DNA of 64,000 nt from an uncultured Flavobacterium sp. (GTDB lineage Bacteria > Bacteroidota > Bacteroidia > Flavobacteriales > Flavobacteriaceae): positions 6,674-70,673 of the forward strand of contig CAZXPF010000007.1 of assembly GCA_964643105.1 (NCBI GenBank). The letters are read 5' to 3'. The notes below the pieces were generated by a model, which was not told the DNA's origin, searched no databases, and saw only the letters and a list, made by a program, of their open reading frames with translations. Shown here one piece after another: positions 30,963-40,196 of the stretch. Each line of letters opens with the position of its first letter. Within the stretch, counting starts at the first letter, position 1. The translations under genes were made by a program, and so were the position numbers.

Positions 30963-31677
30963 ATTCATCTACATATTATTTTTCTTATCCTCATTTTGTT
31001 TTGGACAAAAGGATTCCTTGTCTTTTGAAAAAATAAACTATGACAACGAATATCTAAAATCAAAAGAATTTGACTCGAGTTTTATAGAAAGATATTCAGC
31101 AAACGAATTTCAATACGAGGCAAAGGTTGACGATTCAAAATTATCTGCTTGGAATAGATTTTGGAAAAATGTTGGCGATTTTTTCAGCAACCTATTCGAT
31201 GTACGTAATGCTGATGGAAGTACAAACACATTGGGCATTATCATGAAAGTTATTGCTTTCCTGATTATTGGGTTTGTGATTTTTATGATTGTGAAAATCA
31301 TCATTAACAAAGAAGGTGGTTGGGTTTTTGGAAAGACATCTACTAAAATAAAAGTTTCAAATTTAGTAGAAGAAAACATTCACGAGGTAGATTTCAAAAA
31401 ATTAATTTCTTCTTCAAAAAATGAAAAAGAATACAGAACTACCATTCGTTATTATTACTTGTGGTTATTAAAATCATTTGCCGATAAAAAAATAATTGAA
31501 TGGGATATTGAAAAAACCAATTCCGATTATTATTACGAAATAAAAGACATAGATACAAAATCCGAATTTCAACTGCTTTCTTATATCTATGAGTATTGTT
31601 GGTATGGAGAGTTTATATTGTCTGAAAACGACTTTCAAAAAGCCGAAAAATCATTTCTTAAAGCCATTCAACCCTAA
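30943..31677 (+). CDS. DUF4129-like membrane-anchored protein
   Basis: 244 aa. Possible starts are TTG at 30943 or GTG at 30955. Signal/TM, central TM, and a C-terminal ...YYYLWLL...W....T..YYYEI...YCWYGEF resembling DUF4129. Confidence 0.5.
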   Translation: MDLIVNKFIYILFFLSSFCFGQKDSLSFEKINYDNEYLKSKEFDSSFIERYSANEFQYEAKVDDSKLSAWNRFWKNVGDFFSNLFDVRNADGSTNTLGIIMKVIAFLIIGFVIFMIVKIIINKEGGWVFGKTSTKIKVSNLVEENIHEVDFKKLISSSKNEKEYRTTIRYYYLWLLKSFADKKIIEWDIEKTNSDYYYEIKDIDTKSEFQLLSYIYEYCWYGEFILSENDFQKAEKSFLKAIQP

Positions 31678-32877
31678 ATGAACAGAAGCCTAAAAATATA
31701 TATCTTTTTACTCATCCTAATTTTGATAGGGATTATTTTGATTGATGCTAATAGACCAAAACCTATTAATTGGGCACCAACATTTGCTCTGAATGACAAA
31801 ATTCCTTTTGGACTTTACATATTTGATAAAGAATCCAAAAGTTTGTTTACAAATCAAAAAATTACTAGAGTTGGAAACTCTCCCTATGAATATTTGTTGG
31901 ACAAATACAACTATACTGATTCTACATACACTGTTAACGGAAGTATCTTATATATCAATGATGATTTTACCATAGATAACTCTTCCGTTGATGAACTCTT
32001 TTATTATGCTAGCAGAGGCAACGATGTGTTTTTAAGTTCGACTAATTTTCCGAATAGCCTGAAAGATTCATTAGGTTTTGAAATTGAAACCAGCAGCATT
32101 TTTCTAGATTCATTTGCCTTTAGCGTAGTCAATAAAAACCTAAACCCAAAAGATTACTATTATTCCAAAGGTGTTTCTACTAAATATTTTACTAAAATTG
32201 ACACTACAAATACGGTAGTCTTAGGCCATCAAACCAGTACAGAGGAAAAAGTAATCAACTTTATTAAGATTCCATACCAAGGCGGAAATTTCTATTTGCA
32301 TACACAACCCATTGCATTTACAAATTATTACATGCTAAAAGACAAAAACCATCAATACATTGAACAAATTACTTCTTATTTGAAACAAGACACTATTCAT
32401 TGGTTTTCAAAACTTTATAACAGCGACAAACTCAATCAATCTATGATGCGATTCATATTGAGCGAATCCAGTTTGCGTTGGGCTTGGTATCTTTCACTCA
32501 TCAGCATTCTAATTTTCATTCTTTTCAATGCCAAAAGAAAACAACGTGTAATTCCAATCATTGAACCGCTGCGAAATACAACCGTTGATTTTACAAAAAC
32601 AATTGGAAACTTATACTATCAAGAAAAAGATCACAAAAATATAATTTCCAAAAAAATAATTTATTTCTTAGAAAAATTAAGAAACGACTATTTATTAGAC
32701 ACAACAGAACTAAATGAAACTTTCATCAACAGATACCAGCAAAAATCTGGATTTAAAAAAGAAGAAATCATATCATTGGTTCAGTTAATTAAGCAATTAC
32801 AACACAAGGAAACATGTGATGAAAATGATGTCATCAAACTAAATCTTGCCATTGAAAAATTAAGTAGAAAAAAATAA
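31678..32877 (+). CDS. DUF4350-like membrane protein
   Basis: 399 aa. N-terminal TM, large extracytoplasmic domain, second TM near residue 270. TAAATG junction with the upstream gene. Confidence 0.5.
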   Translation: MNRSLKIYIFLLILILIGIILIDANRPKPINWAPTFALNDKIPFGLYIFDKESKSLFTNQKITRVGNSPYEYLLDKYNYTDSTYTVNGSILYINDDFTIDNSSVDELFYYASRGNDVFLSSTNFPNSLKDSLGFEIETSSIFLDSFAFSVVNKNLNPKDYYYSKGVSTKYFTKIDTTNTVVLGHQTSTEEKVINFIKIPYQGGNFYLHTQPIAFTNYYMLKDKNHQYIEQITSYLKQDTIHWFSKLYNSDKLNQSMMRFILSESSLRWAWYLSLISILIFILFNAKRKQRVIPIIEPLRNTTVDFTKTIGNLYYQEKDHKNIISKKIIYFLEKLRNDYLLDTTELNETFINRYQQKSGFKKEEIISLVQLIKQLQHKETCDENDVIKLNLAIEKLSRKK

Positions 32878-32926
32878 ATACAATATTAACAACACATCGA
32901 AAGATGTTGAAATACATCCAACAAAA

Positions 32927-33925
32927 ATGGAAAACAACACAGAAGAAAACGAAAATGTAAACTTCAACAATCGCCTTGATTTAGCACCATTACAAGATAG
33001 CTTAGGAAAAGTAAGAGAAGAAATTAGCAAAGTCATTGTTGGACAACCGAAAATGATTGATCAATTGCTTGTTGCCATTCTCGCAAATGGACATGTGTTA
33101 TTAGAAGGTGTTCCTGGTGTAGCCAAAACAATTACCGCAAAATTACTATCCAAAACATTATCCCTTGATTTTAGTCGAATTCAATTCACTCCAGACTTGA
33201 TGCCTTCAGATATCATCGGAACATCTGTTTATGATTTGTCAAAATCAAGTTTTGAATTTAAAAAAGGACCTATTTTTTCTAACTTCATTTTAATTGATGA
33301 AATCAATCGTGCTCCTGCCAAAACACAAGCAGCTTTATTTGAAGTTATGGAAGAAACTCAAATTACCGCTGATGGAACAACTTATGTCTTAGATAAACCT
33401 TTCATTGTAATCGCAACACAAAATCCAATTGAACAAGAGGGAACCTATCGTTTACCCGAAGCCCAATTAGACCGTTTTTTATTCAAAATAAACATAGGAT
33501 ATCCTAATTTGCAAGAAGAAATAAGCATTTTACAAAAAGAAAATGACTTACAAAACAAAGACAAATTAGCAGAGATTACAAAAATCATTACTCAAAGTGA
33601 TATTCTTCATTTTCAAGGATTGGTCAAACAAATTATAATTGAACCTAATCTGTTAGAATACATTGCAAAAATTGTATTAAATACTCGTGAAAATCCATTC
33701 TTGTATTTAGGAGCATCACCTAGAGCATCAATAGCCATACTAAATGCTGCCAAAGGATTTGCTGCCATAAAAGGAAGAGATTTTGTTACACCTGATGATA
33801 TAAAAGAAGCAGCAATACCAGTTATGCAACACAGAGTTGTAGTAACACCAGAAAGAGAAATGGAAGGCTTAAACAGCAGTGAAATTATCAAACAAATTAT
33901 TGATTCTGTAGAAATACCAAGATAA
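32927..33925 (+). CDS. MoxR-family AAA+ ATPase
   Basis: 332 aa. Walker A LEGVPGVAKT, Walker B ILIDEINRA, ATQNP sensor region. Confidence 0.9.
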   Translation: MENNTEENENVNFNNRLDLAPLQDSLGKVREEISKVIVGQPKMIDQLLVAILANGHVLLEGVPGVAKTITAKLLSKTLSLDFSRIQFTPDLMPSDIIGTSVYDLSKSSFEFKKGPIFSNFILIDEINRAPAKTQAALFEVMEETQITADGTTYVLDKPFIVIATQNPIEQEGTYRLPEAQLDRFLFKINIGYPNLQEEISILQKENDLQNKDKLAEITKIITQSDILHFQGLVKQIIIEPNLLEYIAKIVLNTRENPFLYLGASPRASIAILNAAKGFAAIKGRDFVTPDDIKEAAIPVMQHRVVVTPEREMEGLNSSEIIKQIIDSVEIPR

Positions 33926-33935
33926 TTCTAAAAAA

Positions 33936-35270
33936 ATGAAACAACTTTTTAAACAACTTTACCTTACTAATTTCTTTTTCTATTGCCTAATGGGTATCAT
34001 AGGTTGTTTTGTGTTGTCTTATTTTTTTCCAATGCTTTACAATGCCAGTTGGTACATGTTATATGTGTTAATAATATTCACACTTATTGACATTATCATC
34101 CTTTTTGTTGCAAAAAATCCAATAGAAGCTTTACGCGAAACTCCTGAAAAATTATCAAACGGAGACGAAAATGAAATCATCGTTAGAATAAAAAACAAAT
34201 ACACATTTCCAATATATTCTAGAATTATCGATGAAATTCCTCATCAATTCCAAGTCAGAAATTTTAACATCTACAGAAAAATAGCTGCACAAACCAAAGA
34301 CGACTTTAAATACTTTTTAAGACCAACAGAAAGAGGTGAATACTTTTTCGGTAATTTAAATATTTTTGCAAGTTCTCCTCTACGTTTGGTTTCAAAAAGA
34401 TTTCGTTTTGCTAACAATCAAGAAGTGCCAACATATCCATCATACATTCAATTGAGAAAATATGATTTAATAGCTTTTTCCAATTCTTTCGCACAATATG
34501 GATTAAAAAAAATCAGAAGAATCGGTCACACTATGGAGTTTGAGCAAATCAAAGAATATGTACAAGGGGATGATATCAGAACCATAAACTGGAAAGCTAC
34601 TGCCAAAAGAAACGAATTGATGGTCAATCAATTTCAAGATGAAAAATCACAGAACGTGTACATGATTATCGATAAAGGTCGAGTAATGAAGATGCCTTTC
34701 AACGGGTTAAGCCTTCTGGATTATGCCATCAATGCAACCCTAGTTTTATCCAATGTAATTCTCAAAAAACATGATAAAGCTGGAATGGTTACATTTTCAA
34801 AAAAAGTTGAAAATCGCGTGGTTGCTGAAAAACGCCAAAACCAAATGCAACTCATCCTTGAAAATCTCTACAAAATAAAAACTGATTTTTTTGAAAGCGA
34901 TTTCAGCAAATTGTATGCAGACATTAAAAATAAAATAAACCAACGAAGTTTATTAATTCTATATACCAATTTTGAGACCCTTGACGGTTTACACAGACAA
35001 CTTCCCTACTTAAAAGGAATGGCTAAAAATCACCTGTTATTAATTGTCTTTTTTAACAATACAGAACTAAACCAACTTATCGACAAAAAAGCCAATAACG
35101 TCCAAGAAATTTACGACAAAGTTATCGCAGAAAAATTTGCTTTTGAAAAACGATTAATCGTCAATGAATTAAGAAAATATGGGATATATTCTGTACTGAC
35201 TCAACCTGAGAACCTAACCTTAGATGTCATTAATAAATACCTTGAAATTAAGGCAAGAGGAATTTTATAA
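33936..35270 (+). CDS. DUF58 (vWA-like) protein, MoxR partner
   Basis: 444 aa. Two N-terminal TM helices and the DUF58 signature ...IKEYVQGDDIRTINWKATAKRNELMVNQF... Confidence 0.85.
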   Translation: MKQLFKQLYLTNFFFYCLMGIIGCFVLSYFFPMLYNASWYMLYVLIIFTLIDIIILFVAKNPIEALRETPEKLSNGDENEIIVRIKNKYTFPIYSRIIDEIPHQFQVRNFNIYRKIAAQTKDDFKYFLRPTERGEYFFGNLNIFASSPLRLVSKRFRFANNQEVPTYPSYIQLRKYDLIAFSNSFAQYGLKKIRRIGHTMEFEQIKEYVQGDDIRTINWKATAKRNELMVNQFQDEKSQNVYMIIDKGRVMKMPFNGLSLLDYAINATLVLSNVILKKHDKAGMVTFSKKVENRVVAEKRQNQMQLILENLYKIKTDFFESDFSKLYADIKNKINQRSLLILYTNFETLDGLHRQLPYLKGMAKNHLLLIVFFNNTELNQLIDKKANNVQEIYDKVIAEKFAFEKRLIVNELRKYGIYSVLTQPENLTLDVINKYLEIKARGIL

Positions 35271-35343
35271 AAGTAATTCACATTTTTTTTTTTTACATCC
35301 ATAAATACCTATATTTAAACTCTCAAAATATAAAACGTTTTTT

Positions 35344-38316
35344 ATGCGAAGTATTAAACTCTTATGGCTGTTTTTTTTCAGCATCACTCTTAATGCACAA
35401 GATTATTTTCCCAAAAATGATGGTGTAAAACAATCTTTCAAAAATCATGTAGCCATTACTAATGCTACTATTTATGTGTCTTCTACTCAAAAAATTGAAA
35501 AAGCAACATTACTAATAAAAGATGGTAAAGTCATAGAAGTAGGTACTACTGTTTCAATTCCTAAAAATGCAACAACTATTGATGCAACTGGAAAAACAAT
35601 TTATCCGTCATTCATCGATATTTTTAGCGAATTTGGTATTCAAAAACCAACCCAAAGACCTGAAAGAGGTTCTTCTGCCCAATACGATTCAACACGAGAA
35701 GGTTACTATTGGAACGACCACATAAAAGCGGATTATAATGCCTATGAAAACCTAAACTATGAAAATAAAAATGCTGAAAAACTTCGTGCTGCAGGCTTTG
35801 GAACAGTGTTAAGCCATTTTAATGATGGTGTAATTGCAGGAACAGGATTACTTTGGACATTAAATGATGATGCAAACAACGCAACTAGAATCTTAAACAA
35901 TAAAATTTCTCAACATTTTACATTCAATAGAAGTAAACTTTCTAGACAATCTTATCCCTCTTCATTAATGGGAAGTATGGCACTAATTCGTCAAGTATAT
36001 CATGATGGAAAATGGTATGCTACTGGAAATTCTAAAACGAAAGACCTATCATTAGAAAGTTTCAATACCAATAAAAATTTAGTTCAAATTTTCAATGCAG
36101 GTGACAAACTAAATAGCTTAAGAGCAAGTAAAATTGCCAAAGAATTTGGGGTAAATTACATCATCAAAGGAAGCGGAAATGAATTTGAAAAAATAAACGA
36201 CATCAAAAACACCAATGCTACTTATATCATTCCGTTGAATTTCCCAGAGGCTTATGATGTTTCAGATACTTATTTGGCACAACAAGTAAGCTTAAGCGAC
36301 ATGAAATACTGGAATCAAGCCCCATTTAATTTAAAAATACTTGCTGAAAACAACATACAATTCGTTTTAACAACATACGACAACAAAGAACCAAAAGACT
36401 TTTTAGAAAATTTAAGAAAAGCTGTTTTATATGGTTTACCCAAAGAAAAAGCAATGGCAGCACTTACCGAAATTCCTGCTAAACTGTTAAATCAATCTAA
36501 TACTCTTGGATCGTTAAAGAAAGGTTCATTAGCAAACTTCATCATTGTTTCAGGAGATATTTTTGAAAATGACAGTAAAATCAATGAAAATTGGGTGCAA
36601 GGCAACAGAAATATCTTAGCCAAAATGAATGTAGAAGATATTAGAGGTGAATATAATTTAGCCTTTAACAATGAAACCTATGAATTGAAAATTTCTGGAG
36701 AATTAGAAAAATTAGAAGCTAAAATCTCTAAAGACAGTTTGGAATATGGCACTAAAATAAACTATAACGAACCATGGGTTAATCTTGTTATTAAAACCAA
36801 GGATACGATACATTCAAATTACCTTAGACTAAGTGGGACTAAAAACAAGTCAAATTTAGAAGGTAAGATTGTTTTAGAAAATGGTCAAGAGTCTAATTGG
36901 ATAGCTACCAAAAAAGAGGCAACAAGCTCAGATACTAAAAAAGAAGAAAACAAAAAAGATAGCCCTAAAGTGCCAGAAATGATTCCTGTTTCTTATCCAA
37001 ATTTAGCTTTTGGAAATACAGAAAAACCGAAACAAGAAACTTTACTTTTCAAAAATGCAACCGTTTGGACAGGTGAAAAAGAAGGCATTTTAAAAGAAAC
37101 AGACGTTCTAATTGAAAATGGAAAAATCGTCAAAATTGGCAAAAAACTTTCTGCTAAAAATGCCAGAGAAATTGATGCAACAGGAAAACACTTAACCGCA
37201 GGAATTATTGACGAACACTCACACATTGCCATTTCAAATGGAGTGAATGAAGGCGGTCAAAATTCATCTGCTGAAGTGACTATTGAAGATGTTGTTAATT
37301 CTGATGACATTAATATTTATCGCAATCTTGCCGGTGGTGTCACCTCTTCCAATTTATTACATGGATCTGCTAATCCAATTGGTGGTCGTGCAGCGTTTAT
37401 TAAACTAAAATGGGGTTATTCTCCAGATGAAATGATTGTAAAAGACGCTCCAAAATACATCAAATTTGCTTTAGGTGAAAACGTAAAACAATCCAACTGG
37501 GGAAGTGGTGGTCGTTTTCCTCAATCGAGAATGGGTGTTGAACAAGTCTATGAAGATTATTTCTCTAGGGCTTTAGAATATCAAAAAGAAAAAGCTACCA
37601 ATAAAAGTTTCAGGTATGACATCGAAATGGAAGTTTTACTTGAAATAATGAATAAAAAACGTTTCATCACTTGCCATTCTTATGTGCAATCTGAAATTAA
37701 TATGTTGATGAAATTAGCAGAACGTTATAACTTCAAAATTCAAACCTTCACACACATTCTTGAAGGATATAAATTGGCTGATAAAATGGCTGAACATGGT
37801 GTAGGTGGTTCTACATTTGCCGATTGGTGGGCTTATAAATTTGAAGTAAATGATGCCATTCCATACAATGCTGCCTTAATGCAAAGTCAAGGCGTGATGG
37901 TTTCTATCAATTCTGATGATGCAGAAATGTCTAGACGTTTAAATCAAGAAGCTTCAAAAGCAGTAAAATATGGAAACGTTCCAGAAGAAGTAGCATGGAA
38001 TTTTGTGACTTTAAATCCAGCAAAATTATTGCAAGTTGATGATAAGGTAGGAAGTATAAAAGTGGGTAAAGATGCTGATGTCGTTCTTTGGTCAGATAAT
38101 CCTTTATCTATTTATGCTAAAGCTGAAAAAACAGTGGTAGAAGGAACCATATTCTACGATTTAGAAAAAGAAAAAGAAACCCTAGCAACCATTCAAAAAC
38201 AAAGAAGTGAGTTAATTAATACGTTGCTTGAAGCTAAAAACAAAGGATTAAAAACCCAAGCACCAAAGAAAAAAGAAGTGAAACATTATCATTGTGACAC
38301 AGTTGAAGAATTTTAA
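35344..38316 (+). CDS. Secreted two-module amidohydrolase-family protein
   Basis: 990 aa with a signal peptide. The C-terminal module has the canonical ...GIIDEHSHI... (H625, H627). The N-terminal module has FIDIFSEFG in the equivalent position. Confidence 0.8.
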   Translation: MRSIKLLWLFFFSITLNAQDYFPKNDGVKQSFKNHVAITNATIYVSSTQKIEKATLLIKDGKVIEVGTTVSIPKNATTIDATGKTIYPSFIDIFSEFGIQKPTQRPERGSSAQYDSTREGYYWNDHIKADYNAYENLNYENKNAEKLRAAGFGTVLSHFNDGVIAGTGLLWTLNDDANNATRILNNKISQHFTFNRSKLSRQSYPSSLMGSMALIRQVYHDGKWYATGNSKTKDLSLESFNTNKNLVQIFNAGDKLNSLRASKIAKEFGVNYIIKGSGNEFEKINDIKNTNATYIIPLNFPEAYDVSDTYLAQQVSLSDMKYWNQAPFNLKILAENNIQFVLTTYDNKEPKDFLENLRKAVLYGLPKEKAMAALTEIPAKLLNQSNTLGSLKKGSLANFIIVSGDIFENDSKINENWVQGNRNILAKMNVEDIRGEYNLAFNNETYELKISGELEKLEAKISKDSLEYGTKINYNEPWVNLVIKTKDTIHSNYLRLSGTKNKSNLEGKIVLENGQESNWIATKKEATSSDTKKEENKKDSPKVPEMIPVSYPNLAFGNTEKPKQETLLFKNATVWTGEKEGILKETDVLIENGKIVKIGKKLSAKNAREIDATGKHLTAGIIDEHSHIAISNGVNEGGQNSSAEVTIEDVVNSDDINIYRNLAGGVTSSNLLHGSANPIGGRAAFIKLKWGYSPDEMIVKDAPKYIKFALGENVKQSNWGSGGRFPQSRMGVEQVYEDYFSRALEYQKEKATNKSFRYDIEMEVLLEIMNKKRFITCHSYVQSEINMLMKLAERYNFKIQTFTHILEGYKLADKMAEHGVGGSTFADWWAYKFEVNDAIPYNAALMQSQGVMVSINSDDAEMSRRLNQEASKAVKYGNVPEEVAWNFVTLNPAKLLQVDDKVGSIKVGKDADVVLWSDNPLSIYAKAEKTVVEGTIFYDLEKEKETLATIQKQRSELINTLLEAKNKGLKTQAPKKKEVKHYHCDTVEEF

Positions 38317-38358
38317 AATGAATTCAAACAGCACTTACACATATTAAAAAAACATACA

Positions 38359-39645
38359 ATGAAAAAATACATATTTATACTACTACTAACTACTGTTGCT
38401 TTTGGTCAGCAAACTCCTGCAGCTAAACAAACCAAAAGTATTTTAATTTTAGGTGGAAAAGCTCACATAGGAAATGGTACTATTATTGAAAATAGTCTAA
38501 TTTCAATTAATAACGGTAAAATTGAAGCCATTGGAGATGCTCGTGTCATGAAAGTTAGTAAACATGATATTACCCTAGATGCATCAGGAAAAGATATTTA
38601 TCCTGGATTTATAGCTCCTAATTCTACACTTGGATTAGTAGAAATAGATGCGGTCAAAGCTTCTGACGATGAAAGCGAAATGGGAGAAATGAACCCGCAC
38701 ATCAGAAGTATAATTGCCTATAATGCTGAATCTGGATTAGTGGAAGTAGCTCGTCCAAATGGTGTATTGCTAGCACAAATTACGCCAAGAGGAGGAAGAA
38801 TTTCAGGTACTTCATCTGTAGTGCAATTAGATGCATGGAATTGGGAAGATGCTATCGTTAAAGAAAATGATGGCATTCACTTGAATTGGCCTAGAAGTTA
38901 TTCAAGGTCAGGATGGTGGGCAGAACCAGGAAGTATTGAGCCTAACAAAGATTACGACAAACAAATCACAGAAATTCAAAACTTTTACAACAATGCTAAA
39001 GCTTATGCAGCTTCAAATGTAACCGTAAAAGATATTCCGTATGAGGCCATGAAAGGTTTAGAATCTGGTGAAAAACAACTTTATATTCATGCCAATGGCG
39101 AAAAAGAAATTGTTGATGCCATTTTGTTCAAAAAGAAAAATAACATCAAAAAAATGACTATTGTAGGTGGATATTATGCTTATAAAAATACAGCTTTGCT
39201 TATCGAAAATAATGTGGCTGTACTTTTAAGAAGAGTTCACGATTTACCTTTGCTTGAAGATGAAGATGTAAACTTACCTTTCAAAAACGCTAAACTACTT
39301 TCAGACGCTGGAGTTTTAGTTGGCCTAGAAAACATGGGTGATATGGAAAGAATGCAAGTTAGAAACTTACCTTTTTATGCTGGAACTTGTGTGGCATGGG
39401 GAATGGAAAAAGAAAAAGCTTTGCAGCTAATCACTCTAAATTCTGCTAAAATATTAGGCATTGATGCTAATTACGGTTCATTAGAAACTGGAAAAAGTGC
39501 CACACTATTCATTTCAGATGGTGATGCTCTTGACATGAAAACTAATAAAATAACCACAGCTCTAATCGATGGAAGACAAATCAGTTTAGAAAGTCACCAA
39601 ACAGAATTATACGAGCGATATAAAGAGAAGTTTGAAAATAAATAA
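38359..39645 (+). CDS. Secreted amidohydrolase-family protein (HxH motif not conserved)
   Basis: 428 aa with a signal peptide. ...GKDIYPGFIAPNSTLGL... sits where D-x-H-x-H is expected. The C-terminal ...GSLETGKSATLFISDGDALD is typical of the family. Confidence 0.7.
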   Translation: MKKYIFILLLTTVAFGQQTPAAKQTKSILILGGKAHIGNGTIIENSLISINNGKIEAIGDARVMKVSKHDITLDASGKDIYPGFIAPNSTLGLVEIDAVKASDDESEMGEMNPHIRSIIAYNAESGLVEVARPNGVLLAQITPRGGRISGTSSVVQLDAWNWEDAIVKENDGIHLNWPRSYSRSGWWAEPGSIEPNKDYDKQITEIQNFYNNAKAYAASNVTVKDIPYEAMKGLESGEKQLYIHANGEKEIVDAILFKKKNNIKKMTIVGGYYAYKNTALLIENNVAVLLRRVHDLPLLEDEDVNLPFKNAKLLSDAGVLVGLENMGDMERMQVRNLPFYAGTCVAWGMEKEKALQLITLNSAKILGIDANYGSLETGKSATLFISDGDALDMKTNKITTALIDGRQISLESHQTELYERYKEKFENK

Positions 39646-39646
39646 T
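39639..39646. repeat. Left copy of the 8-bp target-site duplication TAAATAAT
   Basis: Identical to 42419-42426. It contains the amidohydrolase stop codon (39643-39645). Confidence 0.85.
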
Positions 39647-39678
39647 GGTAACTATATACAAGTTTACACAAAAAAAAT
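39647..39678. repeat. Terminal inverted repeat (distal to the transposase)
   Basis: GGTAACTATATACAAGTTTACACAAAAAAAAT versus the reverse complement of 42387-42418, GGCAACTATATATAATTTTACACTAAATAAAT. Confidence 0.85.
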
Positions 39679-39679
39679 A

Positions 39680-40144
39680 TTATTTTTTATGGATATTTTT
39701 AAAAAAATCTTCTTTCGTTGTTTTGTCAGTTATTTTTACTAAATATTCAGTATTAATATAATACAAATATATAATTTCCTTATCATCGTTACTTTTAAAG
39801 TATATGTTAAAGTATATTGATATTATATCTACATTTTCTAAAACAGGATGAATAATATTTTCTCGATACATATATGATATTACATTATAAACAAATTCTT
39901 TAGAACTGTTTTCTAAAAAAATATGTGATTGAGCCATTTTTGAATATGATGCATCAATAAAAAAGACATTGTTAACTTCCATGCTATAACTTAATGTTTT
40001 TACGTCAAAAAATCTTTTTTCAGTATTTTTAAATTCATCTTTCAAAATATCTATAAGTAAATCTCTTGATAGTTGTTTATTGTAGTAAGTTTGAGTATAT
40101 GAAATACTTGTAGTAAATAACAAAATAAAAAGTATGTTTTTCAT
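39680..40144 (-). CDS. Small secreted hypothetical protein (IS passenger)
   Basis: 154 aa from the ATG at 40144 (MKNILFILLFTTSISYTQ signal peptide). Extremely AT-rich, with no motif I recognise. Confidence 0.45.
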   Translation of the reverse strand: MKNILFILLFTTSISYTQTYYNKQLSRDLLIDILKDEFKNTEKRFFDVKTLSYSMEVNNVFFIDASYSKMAQSHIFLENSSKEFVYNVISYMYRENIIHPVLENVDIISIYFNIYFKSNDDKEIIYLYYINTEYLVKITDKTTKEDFFKNIHKK

Positions 40145-40196
40145 AGGAATATTTTTAAAACTGACCATTCCCAAATCAGTATTTTTTAAAATGACA

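Noticed and set aside
28284-35270. Calling the MoxR cluster the Bacteroides aerotolerance (Bat) operon
   Set aside because: The BatA/BatB vWA proteins, BatC TPR protein and BatD/E are absent. The partners here are RDD, SpoIIM-like, DUF4129 and DUF4350 proteins, so this is a different MoxR module.
35283-35294. T12 homopolymer upstream of the first amidohydrolase (also T10 at 44016-44025 and 607-616) as a phase-variation tract
   Set aside because: Such runs are common in AT-rich intergenic DNA. The position relative to a promoter is unknown, and there is no evidence of length variation from a single sequence.
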